DNA from: Neoconidiobolus thromboides FSU 785
Lineage: Eukaryota > Fungi > Entomophthoromycota
DNA: 64,000 bases
NCBI GenBank assembly: GCA_025603075.1
Contig: MU626355.1
Span: 16,788-80,787, forward strand
Reading direction: 5' to 3'
This document shows positions 22,454 to 35,447 of this stretch, piece by piece (position 1 is the first letter of the stretch; the number at the start of each line of letters is the position of its first letter). The notes below the pieces were generated by a model. It saw only the letters and a program-made list of their open reading frames with translations. It was not told the DNA's origin and did not search any database. Made by a program: the position numbers and the translations under genes.

Positions 22454-23689
22454 ATGAACTTAAGTTTATTTGTAAATCTAGTTTTTTTCTTATCCACAAT
22501 TGTTTGTTTCAATAAAGTAATAGTAGGGTACTACGCCCCATGGGACAAAATAATGCCAGATCAGGTTCCCTATGATAAGTTAACACATATCAACTATGCG
22601 TTTGGTACCTTAACAAAGCTAACCAATTTAACCGATATCGGCTTTGATATTTATTATGATGGTCCACACTTACGTAACTTAACCAAGTTAGCTAAGAAAC
22701 ATGGAGTCAAAACATTGATATCTTTAGGTGGGTGGACCGGCTCCCAAACATTTTCAAAAATAGTAACAAAAAAGAAGTATCGTACATCTTTCATCAATAA
22801 TGCTATAAAATTTTTAAGGAAGAATACTAAAAAAGAGGATATACAGCAAACAGAATGGGATTTAGATGGAATTGATATTGATTGGGAGTATCCAGGAAGA
22901 AAAGGAGATTTGTGTAATATTTATTCAAAAGAGGATTCTAAAAATTATTTAGAATTGTTAAAGGAATTAAGATGTGCATTAGATAAAGAATTCCCACATA
23001 ATCGAAAATTACTAACTGCTGCAGTAAGAGTAGAACCATTTGATGGACCTGATGGTAAACCAATGAATGATGTTAGTGAATTTGCTAAACATTTTGATTT
23101 TATTAATATTATGGCATATGACCTAAATGGAGGCAATACTTTTACTGGGTCAAACTCGCCATTAATGGGGGCTAGGAATACACCTAATTCACTTATACAA
23201 TCTATTTATTCTTGGCATAAAGCCGGTTTTCCGCTAAACAAAATTTGTGGGGGGCTAGCATTTTATGGCCGAGCACAAACAAGTAAAATAGATATGACTA
23301 AGGATAAATCAATACATCAACCAGCAGAATCAACTATTCCAAAGGGGGATAAAGATGATCATAAACAAAAAAATAAAGCATGTTTAGAAGCCCCTGCTCT
23401 TTACAATGGATATTATCAATATAAAAATTTACGTAAAGATATTTTAAAGAAAGATCCATTTACTCCAAACGCAGAATCTAACTATGTAAGGTATTTTGAT
23501 AAAGTTAGTTTAACGCCATGGCTATTTAATAACAAGACTTATAAGTTTATATCTTATGATGACCCCATTTCAATTCAACTTAAAGTTGATTATATAAGAC
23601 TAAACAACTTAAAAGGAATTACATATTGGAACATGGCAGGAGATTTTAATAATGAATTACTTGATATATGCCAAAGACTATTTTACTAA
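22454..23689 (+). CDS. GH18 chitinase, secreted, catalytic domain only
   Basis: Signal peptide; SLGGW; catalytic LDGIDIDWEYPG (DxxDxDxE); MAYD; C-terminal ISYDD and YW motifs. Confidence 0.95.
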   Translation: MNLSLFVNLVFFLSTIVCFNKVIVGYYAPWDKIMPDQVPYDKLTHINYAFGTLTKLTNLTDIGFDIYYDGPHLRNLTKLAKKHGVKTLISLGGWTGSQTFSKIVTKKKYRTSFINNAIKFLRKNTKKEDIQQTEWDLDGIDIDWEYPGRKGDLCNIYSKEDSKNYLELLKELRCALDKEFPHNRKLLTAAVRVEPFDGPDGKPMNDVSEFAKHFDFINIMAYDLNGGNTFTGSNSPLMGARNTPNSLIQSIYSWHKAGFPLNKICGGLAFYGRAQTSKIDMTKDKSIHQPAESTIPKGDKDDHKQKNKACLEAPALYNGYYQYKNLRKDILKKDPFTPNAESNYVRYFDKVSLTPWLFNNKTYKFISYDDPISIQLKVDYIRLNNLKGITYWNMAGDFNNELLDICQRLFY

Positions 23690-23747
23690 ATAAACAAACA
23701 TACAAAAAAAGCTATTTTTATTTAAAAAATTTGATAAAACAAAAAAA

Positions 23748-25346
23748 TTATGGGAAATCACAAACAATTGAGCTTCCAGATTGTTTACATACAGTTCCGG
23801 AACCGCAAGCGCTATTGGTCCATTTGCCAAATACACAACGTTGATAATCAGCACTCTTACCACTGTTTACACATTGGTAAGCACCTTCGCTACATGGTCC
23901 ACCGGTTGGAACTGTAGAAGTAGTAGTAGTAACAGGTGGTTGAGTAGTAGTAGTTACTGGAGGTTTGGTAGTAGTAGTAACAGGTGGTTGAGTAGTAGTT
24001 ACTGGAGGTTGAGTAGTAGTAGTTACTGGAGGTTGAGTACTAGTAGTTACTGGAGGTTGAGTAGTAGTAGAGGTGACAGGAGGATTGGTTTGACCATCAC
24101 GAATACCATTAGCAACATTCAATAATTCATCATTAAAATCTTGAGCCATGTCCCAATACATGACACCACGAAGATTCTTCTTTTTGGCATAATCAACTTT
24201 AATCTTAAGTGATTGAGGATCATCATAAGAAATAAACTTCTTTTGAGCATTAGAAAATAACCATGGAGTTTGAGTAACATTATCAAAGTAACGGTTGAAA
24301 CCATTTCCTGGAGAAAGTGGTCCCCCAGTTAAAATATCTTGACGCAAGTATTTATATTTATAAACACCAGAGTAAAAAGTACCTTCATTACAGAAGAAAT
24401 TTGGATCATTAGCATCTGAAGAATCGCCTTTTGGAGTAACTGAATCTTTTTTAACATATTGATTAGAAGGATCTTTACTCATATCAACTTGTGGAGTTAA
24501 AGTACGCCCATAAAATGCAAGTCCAGAGGTCAATTTATTAGCAGGGAATCCAGCAGCTAACCAATCATCAACACCTTGAGTAAATGAGAAAGGATCTCCA
24601 CCACGAGCAGTGTCATAATTGTAAGGAGCGTTTGGACCGGTAGTAGCGGACCATGAACCCATAATATCATAAGCCATAATATTAATAAAATCAAAGTATT
24701 GAGCATAAGCAGAAACATCAGTCATTGGCTTGCCATCTGAACCATCAAATGGCTTAACACGAACAGCAGCAGTAAGCAATTTACGGTCATTTGGAAACTC
24801 CTTATCTAAGGCAGCACGCAATTCTTTAAGTAAGATAAGGTAATTAGCAGAATCATTTGGAGAAAAAACATTGCAAACAGCAGCAGCTCTACCTGGATAT
24901 TCCCAATCAAGATCAATACCATCTAAATCCCAACCATCTGGGTTTGTTTCCCAATCTGGTTTAGTATTTTTACGTACAAAGACTAAAGCATTATCAATGA
25001 ATTTAGCACGTAAAGCAGGAGAAGCAGCAACGGTAGAGAAAGTTTGAGAACCTGTCCAACCACCAATGGAAATTAAAACTTTAACGCCTTTGGCAGCAGC
25101 TAAGGTTTTTAATTTACGAATACGATTACCATCATAGTAACGATCAATGAAAATAGAAGTTGGATCATCTTTTTTATAAAGTACACCGAAACCATAATTG
25201 ATATGAGTTACTTTACTGTAACTTAAAGCTTCAGGTTCAACTTTACCCCAAGGTACATAGTAACCAACGACTACTTTGTCTTGAGATAAAACAGCAGAGA
25301 ATAAACTGGATAAAGCAATTAAAAGGGAAGAAGCAAACACTTTCAT
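23748..25346 (-). CDS. GH18 chitinase with Pro/Thr-rich linker and C-terminal CBM19-like chitin-binding domain
   Basis: Signal peptide; LDGIDLDWEYPG; PPVTTTTQ repeats; six-Cys C-terminal module CSEGAYQC...CVFGKW...CGSGTVC...C. Confidence 0.95.
   Translation of the reverse strand: MKVFASSLLIALSSLFSAVLSQDKVVVGYYVPWGKVEPEALSYSKVTHINYGFGVLYKKDDPTSIFIDRYYDGNRIRKLKTLAAAKGVKVLISIGGWTGSQTFSTVAASPALRAKFIDNALVFVRKNTKPDWETNPDGWDLDGIDLDWEYPGRAAAVCNVFSPNDSANYLILLKELRAALDKEFPNDRKLLTAAVRVKPFDGSDGKPMTDVSAYAQYFDFINIMAYDIMGSWSATTGPNAPYNYDTARGGDPFSFTQGVDDWLAAGFPANKLTSGLAFYGRTLTPQVDMSKDPSNQYVKKDSVTPKGDSSDANDPNFFCNEGTFYSGVYKYKYLRQDILTGGPLSPGNGFNRYFDNVTQTPWLFSNAQKKFISYDDPQSLKIKVDYAKKKNLRGVMYWDMAQDFNDELLNVANGIRDGQTNPPVTSTTTQPPVTTSTQPPVTTTTQPPVTTTQPPVTTTTKPPVTTTTQPPVTTTTSTVPTGGPCSEGAYQCVNSGKSADYQRCVFGKWTNSACGSGTVCKQSGSSIVCDFP
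23915..24084 (-). repeat. Coding minisatellite encoding the (PPVTTTTQ)n linker
   Basis: Tandem imperfect 21-24-nt units such as GTAGTAGTTACTGGAGGTTGA on the + strand. Confidence 0.85.
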
Positions 25347-27243
25347 AGTTTGAATTAAAATAAATAAACAAAAACTGAAATATTTTTAATGATTAAAGGT
25401 TGATTTCAAGTTTATTTATATACCATTTTTCAAAAAAGAGGATTTACTAGCAATTGCTTATTTACTATTAATAATAATCGTAGTTAGTATTTTTTAAATG
25501 ACTGAATTTGTCATTAAACCTATTATTCTACTTCTCCTTACTTTTAATCATTTGATTTAAGTATTATTATCATTTTACTATTTTTATATTTATAATGAGT
25601 AACCAGCTGAAATAGTCATTGATGTTAATGACATTGACTTATAACCAGAACGTTAATAAAAAGGTAATTTTAATTTTAATAGGTTTTAACCAAGGATTTT
25701 ATTTTGTATTTGCTCTATTTTTTATATAATAAAAGTAAGAATAAGTGAACAAACAGATAATAATAAGTCTTATTCTTATATTTATTAAATTTATTATTTT
25801 AAACAAGTTTAGTGGACTTTAACTATAATTAGTCACTTTGTCTTAAAAACTTTTAAACTTGATATTTTTTATAAAAAAAGATAAAAAATGCCAATTTATA
25901 AAAGAGAATTCTTCCATATTTGGTTGAACTCAAGCTTATTCAAAAGTAGCGGAATTATCCGTTTAAAATATAATCTTTTGTTGAATCACTGGGTAAAACT
26001 CTTCAGCTCCACTAATCTCTCAGCTTTCTTTTTAAAACCTTATCTTTTCTTGATGAGCATTAACCTTAAATCATTCAAATATCCTTGTTTATTTACAATA
26101 CAAAACCCCTTTTTTCGGTCGAATTATTAATAAATGTTTTGGGCACTACTTTTGTTATTGTTAATACTTTATTGTACTTAAATTTCATGAAAATTATACA
26201 AAAATCAGAAATATAAAAGTAAATTTAATATAGCTATGCAATAATAATAAACAAACTTTGACTGTTACATTAAATATTAAATAATAAATAATTCTTAATA
26301 GTAGATCATACTCATTTAATAATAATAAACCCATCTATAAATGCGAAAAAAGGATTAAATAATAATAATAATATAAAAATCATATTACATAAATTGGAAG
26401 CTTCGTTTTTAAATAATTATTACACTATGCTATTACCATTATACTTTATTTAGTATAATGCTTTTTTATTATATATTAATTTAAAGTCATTATTATTTTT
26501 ATGGTTGTTATAAGGTTTCTATTTTGAATAGAAAGTAAGTTAAGTTGAAGATAACATTTTTAACACGGTTACTATATGGTTCAATTGTTAGCATTTAGTT
26601 AAAATATTAATCGACTTTTTTTAATTGTTTACTAAAACTTGGTAAGTTTAATTTTTTTATAAGGACTATCTTATGTCATTACCCTATTAAAATTATAATA
26701 AATTATAATCGGTAAAAAATAATAATAGAAAATAATAAAAATATGGCGCTTTAATATTATATAAAACTATTCTTTAATACAAGTCAATAGAAACCTAAGT
26801 TTGTTTTTTAGTTTTTGTTTCTTATAAAAATTTTACATTAAAAAAGACATTCTAGATGTTGATTTTTTATTTCCCTTAAATTTAGTCTTATAAAACTTGT
26901 AATATTCAATTTTAATCCGATTTTTAAATATCTATTAATATTTTTTTATACTACTTTAAAATATAAGATCCTTTCAAAAATAACAAGAATTTTTGGATTA
27001 AAAAATTAGAGCTAGTTATTGATTGCGACAGTAATTAAGATTTATGTCTAAAAACAAAAACAATTTGATAACAAAAATAACTTAATGTTGTAATTAGGTA
27101 TTCTTACCGGGATTTTTCATTTGAAAGAATTATAGTTTCTTTTAAAATAATTGTATATTTCTATATTTTAAAATTCAAATTCAATATATCAAATAAAAAT
27201 TCTAAAGTAATTAAATAAAATAAGATATTTGAATTTAATTTTA

Positions 27244-27349
27244 ATATGAGGATATATCTTTTTGTTTAAGAATTTTACTAATAATCTTTCCATTTAAATA
27301 GCGCTTAAAAAAATGGAAAGTAATGAAATCAAAAAAAACATCCCTATAT
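27244..27349 (-). mobile_element. MITE-like repeat, copy 7
   Basis: ATATGAGGATATAT...AAATAGCGCTTAA...ACATCCCTATAT. Confidence 0.72.
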
Positions 27350-27794
27350 CTTAAAAAGAATTCAATTTTTAATATTTTCTATGAATATAGCTTTATTTTT
27401 ATTAATAATTGTTTTAATATTAAAAATCAGTTTAATAAAATAAAATAAAATAAAATAATAATAATATTAAATATTATTTTAAAGTTAACTTATTCGAATT
27501 ATTTTTAATATTTTATTGATTTTATATCAATTTCAATATTTATTTTTATTCTTTATATTTTTAATAATATTATTTTATAATAACTTTTATTTTTAAACTG
27601 AGTTGATATTAATTTTCCAAAAAAATAAATAGAAAATAAAATCTAAACTAAAAACTACAAACTATATAAAACATAATTTTTTTAATTAAAACATTTTAAT
27701 AAATCAAATTATTATACAAACATGAAAATTAATTTAAACTCGCTTTTATTCAAAAAATAAGTTCATTCTCTATACTCCTTCTTCTTGTCCTCTT

Positions 27795-29869
27795 TTACTC
27801 CTCAAATAATTGTTTCTCCCACATTTCTTTATATACGCCATTTTCAATTTTAATTAGTTCATTATGATTACCACTTTCTATTACTTGACCATTTTTAATA
27901 CTAAAATAAAGTAAAAAATAATTAATATAAATTTATAAATTATCTATTCTATCAATTAAATATTATTTTCAATCTTTTTTCTTACCATAAAATAATATCT
28001 GAATTAACAATAGTAGATAATCGATGAGCTATTATTAACGTTGTTTTTCCTTTAATTATAGTATTAAATGCTTCTTGGATTTGTCTTTCAGTGGTACTAT
28101 AATAATAATTAAAAATAAGTAAATTCAAGATAATAATAAATTCTTTTCTTACGTATCTAAAGCGGAAGTAGCTTCATCCAATAAAAGTATTTTTGGATTT
28201 TTTAATATTGTTCTAGCTAAATAATATATATATATAAATTTAAGTAACTAATAAAAAAATTTCAAAAATTATAATATTACCAATAGCTACTCTTTGTTTT
28301 TCCCCTCCCGATAATCTTAATCCTCTTTCCCCAACAATTGTATCATAGCCTTGTGGAAATCCCATAATTTTTTCATGAATTTGGGCCATTTTAGCTGCTT
28401 CATAGATTTCTTCATCACTAGAATTAGGTTTGCCATAACCGATATTATACTTTATAGTTTCATTAAATAATACTGTATCCTATTAAGAAAAAAGAATAAA
28501 ATTAATATATATTAAGGTGTATATATTGAATACATAATAAGACAATAAATAATATATTATTATTACTTACTTGTGGTACAACACCAATAAAATTTCTTAA
28601 TGAATTTTGTTGAACTTGATTAATATCTTGGTTATCAATTAATATTTGACCAAATTGACAATCATAAAATCGAAATAATAATTTTAATATAGTTGATTTA
28701 CCACCACCTGATGGACCAACTAAAGCTACTCTTTGTCCATTTAGTATTTTAAAATTAATTGAATTTAATATTTGTTTATCTTCATTATATTTAAATGATA
28801 CATTTTCTATTAAAACATTATTAAAATATTATTAAAATATTAATTATTATAATTATAAACTTACTAAATTCAATTTCTCCTTTAGTTACATTTAATTTTA
28901 AACTATTTTGATTATCTTTGACACTTTGTTCTTGATTTTTTAACTCAATCATTTTCTCCATATCAATCATATTTTGTTGAATCATTCGATATAATGTGCC
29001 AAAAAAATTTAACTAAAAAATACATAAATAAACAAACTATAAGCAATTAATATACAAATAAACTTACAGGTACTGATAATTGTAATAGATAAGCATTAAA
29101 GTAAACAAAATCACCTATTTTTTTAGTCCCTAAAATAAAATAAAATAATTAATATTTGTTATCTTCTTATTTAATTAAAATTTTTACCTGTTGTAATTTG
29201 ATATGAACATAATAGAGAACCCAATAATAATGCTAATGTGAGTATAATATTTTGTACTAAATTTAATATTGGTAATGAAGCACTATTTTTTTGATCTGCT
29301 TCTAAATATTTTTTCATTGCAATTTCATATCGTTCAACTTCATAATTTTCTGCATTAAAATATTTGACTGTTTCAAAATTTAATAGAGAATCAACAGCAA
29401 TGCCGTTGACTTTATTATTAAGTTCATTCATATCTCTTCGAAATTTAGTTCGCCATTGAGTGATTGCTATAGTTATATAAATATATATACTCATTGATAT
29501 TAATATAATAATAGAATAAGACATATCAAAATCTATTAAAATAACAATAAGTGCAATAATAATATCCATAATTGTTGGGAAAATAGAAAACAATAAATAG
29601 TTCATCAAAGAAACGATACTAGAAGTACCACGATCCTATATTATTAATTATTAAATTAGAATAATTTAAATTGAATTTACCATCATTCTTAATATTTCAC
29701 CTGTTTTACGTTTAATATGAAATTCTAATGATAAACTGAAAATAAATATTAATTATTATTAAATTATTATTAAATTATATTCAATAGCTTACGAATGAAG
29801 ATGTGAAAACATATCAATTGAGACTGAATTAGTAACATACTAATTTAATAGAAATAAAAGTTATATTAA

Positions 29870-29962
<93 letters not shown>

Positions 29963-31230
29963 GTGATAATAATAATAAATCTTACTTGATTAATTGGAAT
30001 TAATACCCAAGATTGTAATGAAGATATTAAACCATTCTAAAAATAAATTAAGCTAAAAATTAAAAATCAAATCATTAAACTTACATTCCCCTGTAATAAT
30101 TTTAAACCACCATAAATAATAACCGAAATATAAATATTTTGTTTATTATTTTTATCTATAATAAAAATATATAATAAATTAATAAATATTACAAGTAATA
30201 ATATGACATATTATTGTTCTTACCTAAATAATCACTTTCATTTAATTGGTCAATTATAATTTTATATTGTTTAGGAGTCAATGGATTAACAATTAATCTC
30301 ATTACTAATAATATTAAAGCTAATATAATAAATAACTGTAATTTTAATTGATTTTTTGGCCAATAATAAGGTAACACATGTTTCAATTGATTAATAAAAC
30401 TTAAACTATTATTGTTATTAGTTCTAGCTGAAGTAGTACTGGTAGTATCGACAATAGTTGGGATATTGTTAATTGGAATAAAATAACAATCAAATGGAAA
30501 GTCATATTTATATAACCAGATAAAAGAAATAATAGTATAAATTATTAAAAACAAAAATTGCAATAAATTAATAATACTGAATAATAATAATATGCTTTCT
30601 TTTGAATTATTGTTATTATCTATATAATATAAAATAGAATTAAAATAGAATTAAAATAGAATATTAATTACCTTTTAACCAAGTTAAAAAGAACAAGACT
30701 AATGGAATATCACTTAACAATTTAAATCCACTCCACCAATATATTAACCAAGCATAATTAATAGTCAAGAATAAATTAAATTCAATTAATAAAATAAAAC
30801 AAATTAAACACCAATTAAATAGATTGATCATAATAATTAATACATAAATTGTATTAACCCATTGCTTATTATATAAACTATATACTATTATTATTAATAT
30901 TGGCATTAAACTTAATATTAAATTAATACTAATTAATATTATTATTGGTAATTTGATATTAGGAATAACAGTAGTTGCCATCATTGTATTGTTATTATTA
31001 CTTGTATATATATTACCATTATTGTTGTTATTATTTCCATTACTATTAATTAATAATGGGGTTGTTTCATTATTATTAATACCATTTTTTAATTGAATAT
31101 GTGTAGTAAACCAAAAAGGTAAATACCTTTTAAAACTTAATAATAAAGTAATTAAAAACAATAAAATGGAACATGCTAAATGATATTTTATATTTAAATC
31201 ATTATTAAATATAGGTGTTATTTCATTCAT
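27795..31230 (-). CDS. HMT1: Half-size ABC transporter, HMT1/ABCB6 (heavy-metal tolerance) type, many introns
   Basis: Extra N-terminal TM domain; RGTSSIVS; [10 protein letters not shown]...[12 protein letters not shown]; [21 protein letters not shown]; Walker [10 protein letters not shown]; [11 protein letters not shown]; LLDEATS; stop at 27795. Confidence 0.9.
29868..29978. repeat. Compound (TAAA)n-(TAA)n microsatellite inside an ABC-transporter intron
   Basis: Directly visible tandem units. Confidence 0.95.
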
Positions 31231-31428
31231 TATTATTTCTATTGAATCTAAAAAATAAAAATAAAAAATAAAAATAATAAAAATAATAAAAATAATTCAT
31301 AAAAGTGACCGTTTTTGAAATATGAAATTTATTTGATTGGTGGAATTGAAGTTTAAACGTACTGATTAGAAATAATGAAAATAGGAATCAAAAGGAGAAC
31401 AATAAATAAGTAATCTAATATTATAATA

Positions 31429-32970
31429 TTAATTATAAATGATTTTCTTTGACTTAATAGAACTATTATTACGATTATTACTTTCATAAATCCTACTATT
31501 AATATACTCCAACTTTTTATATTTATTAAAATAATAGTGATAATCTTCATAACTTTCTCTTTTAGTATTAATAAATTGTAGTTGATCAATTAATTCATCT
31601 TCATAATCATGAGATAATTCCCAAAACATTACTCCCAATAGCCCAATTTTATTAGCATAATCCACTTTTAATTTAATCGATTCGATATCATCATAGCTAA
31701 TAAATTTATTTTGTTGACTATTAAATAACCAAGGAGACATAGTACTATTATCCCAATATTTTTTATACCCGTTAATGACTTTGTAATTATTATTATTATA
31801 TTGACTAACAACGTCTAAATCTTCATTATTTGTATTAATTGATTCTTCATTTGCATTCTCATTACTATTCTCATTAACAACATTATTAACTATATTATTG
31901 TGATTATTAACTATATTATTATTATTGTTATTATTCACTAGACTAATAGTATTAACATTATTATTGACAATAATATCTTTTCTAATAAATTTATATTTAT
32001 AAATACCAGAATAAGTACTTCCTTCATTACAATAAAAATTAGGTTCATTACTGTCACTTTCATCTCCTTTTGGAATTTCTTTTGCCTTATTGACAAAAAT
32101 TTTATTTGGATTTAAACTCATATCTTCTGTAGTTAAAAAAGTTCTTCCATAAAATGGCATACCCACTGTAATTTGATTAATTGGAAACTTAGCTTGAATC
32201 CAATTATCTATTGATTCTATAAATGAAAACGAATTTTTATCAATCTTCTTATGTAATAAGAAAGGTGAATTAGGTCCTGTTGTGTCTGACCATGGGCCCA
32301 TAGAATCATAAGCCATTATATTAATAAAATCAAAATATTTAGCATAACTACTAACATCTTTCATTGGCTGACCATAACTATTATCAAATGGTTCACATCT
32401 TACTGCTGCTGTTATTAATTTCTTTTCCTTTGTAAATTCCTTATCTATACTTTCCCTTAATTCCTTTAATAATTTCAAGTAATTCTCACTATCTTGAATA
32501 TCATAACTATTGCACATACTACCTTTTCGTCCTGGATATTCCCAATCAATATCAATGCCATCAAATCCCCAACCATTCGGATTTTCTTCCCATTCAGGTA
32601 ATGTATTCACTCTTAAATATAATAAACAATTTTCAATAAACCTTTTTCTTTCCTCTTTATCCCTAACAATTAAAGACATTGTTTGTGAGCCTGTCCAACC
32701 ACCAACCGATAATAATACTTTAACATTATGTTGTTTTGCTAAAGTAATAATCTTTTTAATTCGATTACCATCGTAATACCGATCAATTTTAATCTCACTG
32801 ACATTCTTTTTGTTCGTTAAAATACCAAATCCATAATTAATATGTGTTAATTTTTTATATGGAATATTTTCCGGTTCTAATTTACCCCATGGGACATAGT
32901 AACCAACAATCACTTTTTTAGTACTGAAAATGAAGGGAAGTAATGACAGTAAAAATAACAATAACTTCAT
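31429..32970 (-). CDS. GH18 chitinase with Asn-rich insertion and C-terminal tail
   Basis: Signal peptide; SVGGW; FDGIDIDWEYPG; MAYD; poly-Asn insert before GYKKYWD. Confidence 0.93.
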   Translation of the reverse strand: MKLLLFLLSLLPFIFSTKKVIVGYYVPWGKLEPENIPYKKLTHINYGFGILTNKKNVSEIKIDRYYDGNRIKKIITLAKQHNVKVLLSVGGWTGSQTMSLIVRDKEERKRFIENCLLYLRVNTLPEWEENPNGWGFDGIDIDWEYPGRKGSMCNSYDIQDSENYLKLLKELRESIDKEFTKEKKLITAAVRCEPFDNSYGQPMKDVSSYAKYFDFINIMAYDSMGPWSDTTGPNSPFLLHKKIDKNSFSFIESIDNWIQAKFPINQITVGMPFYGRTFLTTEDMSLNPNKIFVNKAKEIPKGDESDSNEPNFYCNEGSTYSGIYKYKFIRKDIIVNNNVNTISLVNNNNNNNIVNNHNNIVNNVVNENSNENANEESINTNNEDLDVVSQYNNNNYKVINGYKKYWDNSTMSPWLFNSQQNKFISYDDIESIKLKVDYANKIGLLGVMFWELSHDYEDELIDQLQFINTKRESYEDYHYYFNKYKKLEYINSRIYESNNRNNSSIKSKKIIYN

Positions 32971-33422
32971 GAGTTATAATAACTTAAATTCTAAATAAAA
33001 ATAAGAGTCTTTAAAAAATCAAATTTTTTATAATGTTATGTTTTATATTAATTTCCTATTAAATTTATCAGTTAATTTTGGCTATTTCTTGTTTTTAAAC
33101 TAATTATATGTTTCAATAATTTCATAAATTAACTTGAAAAATTCAATTTATAAACATTCAACAGTTCCAAAATCAAATAAAACCAAACATTAAAAAAAAC
33201 GTCATACTATCAATAAAATAAAAATATATCAAACATTAAATAAAGCGTCATGTTATTTGGAATTATAAAATATCAAAATATCAAAATATCAAATATAATG
33301 TCATACTTATTATAAATAGAAAAAATTAATTAATATGTTATATATATCTCAAATACAAATACAAATACAAATAAAATTCCATTCAAAAAATTCCATCCAA
33401 AAAACAATCAAATAACACTAAT

Positions 33423-34181
33423 TTATTTAACTAAATAAATGGGCCAATAAGTACCTGGTTTCATATTATAATCCTCATCCGAGATTTGATAACGATAACG
33501 TTTGCCAGGTACTGGAGGCAAAAATGCATTTAAACTATCTTTGTCTTCCACAGTTAGCTTTAATTGAGCAATATTTTCCTCTAAAGTACCGATTTTAATT
33601 TCTTTACTTTCTTCTACTTCCTTATTTTCATTGCTTTCAATTTGTTTCATTGCTGGTTGATTCAATAATAACGCTACTTCTCCTTGTGTATAAGTTATTG
33701 TTTTTGGATAATTTCGACGCACATCTCGAGTAAAATAATAATTTTTACTTAATTTGGGACTAACTTCTCCTGGTGCCTGTTTATATGGAGTTTCGATGGA
33801 ACTAAAAGAAAGTGAATTTTAGTATTACTTCTTGGATAAAAACACTCTAAGAATTTAATTCTACATCTTTGTTTTTTTTATTTCATTTTTTTATTTAATG
33901 TAAAATTGAAAAGTCTTAATGGTTCAATATTCAAATAAAAAATAGCATTTCATTGACAAAAATAGAAAACAAAAGTATCTTAAAACTTACCCAGGTGGTA
34001 TACGGAATTCACCCACTTTCATAGAAGATTCAAGTAAGGTTGGATTCTATTATAATAAAACAAAATAAAAATCAATGAATACTGATTAAAACAAAATTTC
34101 TTTCATCTTTAATTTCTACTAAATTTCAATTTCACTTACCACCGATAAATAATTTTTAAACATACGAAATAAGCTACCCAT
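33423..34181 (-). CDS. Complex I accessory subunit, NDUFA7/NUZM (fungal 21.3-kDa) type, 3 exons
   Basis: Spliced MGSLFRMFKNYLSV | NPTLLESSMKVGEFRIPPG | SIETPY...YYFTRDVRRNYPKTITYTQGEVALLL; the RDxRRNYP motif is typical of this subunit. Confidence 0.7.
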
Positions 34182-35447
34182 TTTCTTTCTTTTTTCTAAT
34201 ATCAAATACTAATATTTTATTATATTGTTTAAAAAAATAGGTTTAATTTCTAAATCTTAGATTATCTGTAAATTCAATCAATAAAAAGTTTAATCAAAAA
34301 TTACTATCGATCCAAAAAAGAATGGGATTCAATCCAGCTTTTGGGATGATTTTCAAAGAGTGGCACTAGTATTCTTAAAACATTCAGAAATTGAAAAGTA
34401 ATATAACTTAATAAACTAATAGCATTTAATATTATTAAAGATAAATCTATTTTTTATATCAATTTTTAATATAATAATAAAAATACTTGAATTTAGCATT
34501 GAAACTTAATAAAAAGATTATGCAGCTGGTCAGAATATACTTATTTCAGTTAAATTATCTTATATCTTAACTTAAACTAATGAATTATTTAAGAAAGTGT
34601 TCATCAAGATTCAAAGTTCAAGTTCTGTTGATAATATAAATAAAGAAATTATTTATTAAAAATAACATATCTATTAAAAAAGTGTTAAGTTTAAACTAAG
34701 ATGTTATATATGATTCATAAATTTAATAGGAAAGAAATTAACAGTAAATTAAAACAAAATAAAGGCATCCAAATGCAACCAGTTCTAAATTCTCTAATGT
34801 TTTATATTCTTAAATTACATCCCTCATTATTACTGTAGAATTGAACTAATTAAAAATAAATGATGTATTAACAAAATCAAAGATTAAAGATATATCAGTT
34901 AAGTTGTTTCAAAAAGGTTATTGCTTACTTTTATGGAATGTTTTTAATTATACAGTAAAATGAGTCTGAAATAAAGGATATAATATTAACCTTCATTTAA
35001 AAGAATTCCAAAAACTTAATAAGTTATAAATATTGGGCAAATAATAAACAATAAGGTTGTTTAAACTCTATTTGTCATTTAAATGATGTACTTGAGTTAT
35101 TCCTAAAAAAAGTATCATTCAATTGATGTTTCATTGGTTTTTAATTCAAACTAGTTCTCAACCTGATCTCATGTTCAAAAAAGACGCTTTTGTTATCCAT
35201 GACAGTATGTCACTCTCAAATATTATACTGTTATTGAGCCTGATTATTCCTTTATATTTTTACTAACCTTGTTAGAACAGCTTGCAATTAAATATTCTTT
35301 GTTGTTTTTAATCTGTAGTCAAAATTTTAAGATAAATTTAAGGATATATAGAAAGTTGTAACCCTTAAATTCATACTAAAAAAAAACAATTACAAATTAG
35401 AAGCAACGACAAGTATTTCAAGTTGCTCTATATTAACTAGTTTACGG

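Noticed and set aside
23915-24084. Regularly spaced repeats as a CRISPR-like array
   Set aside because: Coding tandem repeat with no unique spacers, in a eukaryotic context with no cas genes.
23781-24125. 114-aa + strand ORF with SSSYWRL repeats
   Set aside because: It is the antisense reading of the chitinase PPVTTTTQ linker.
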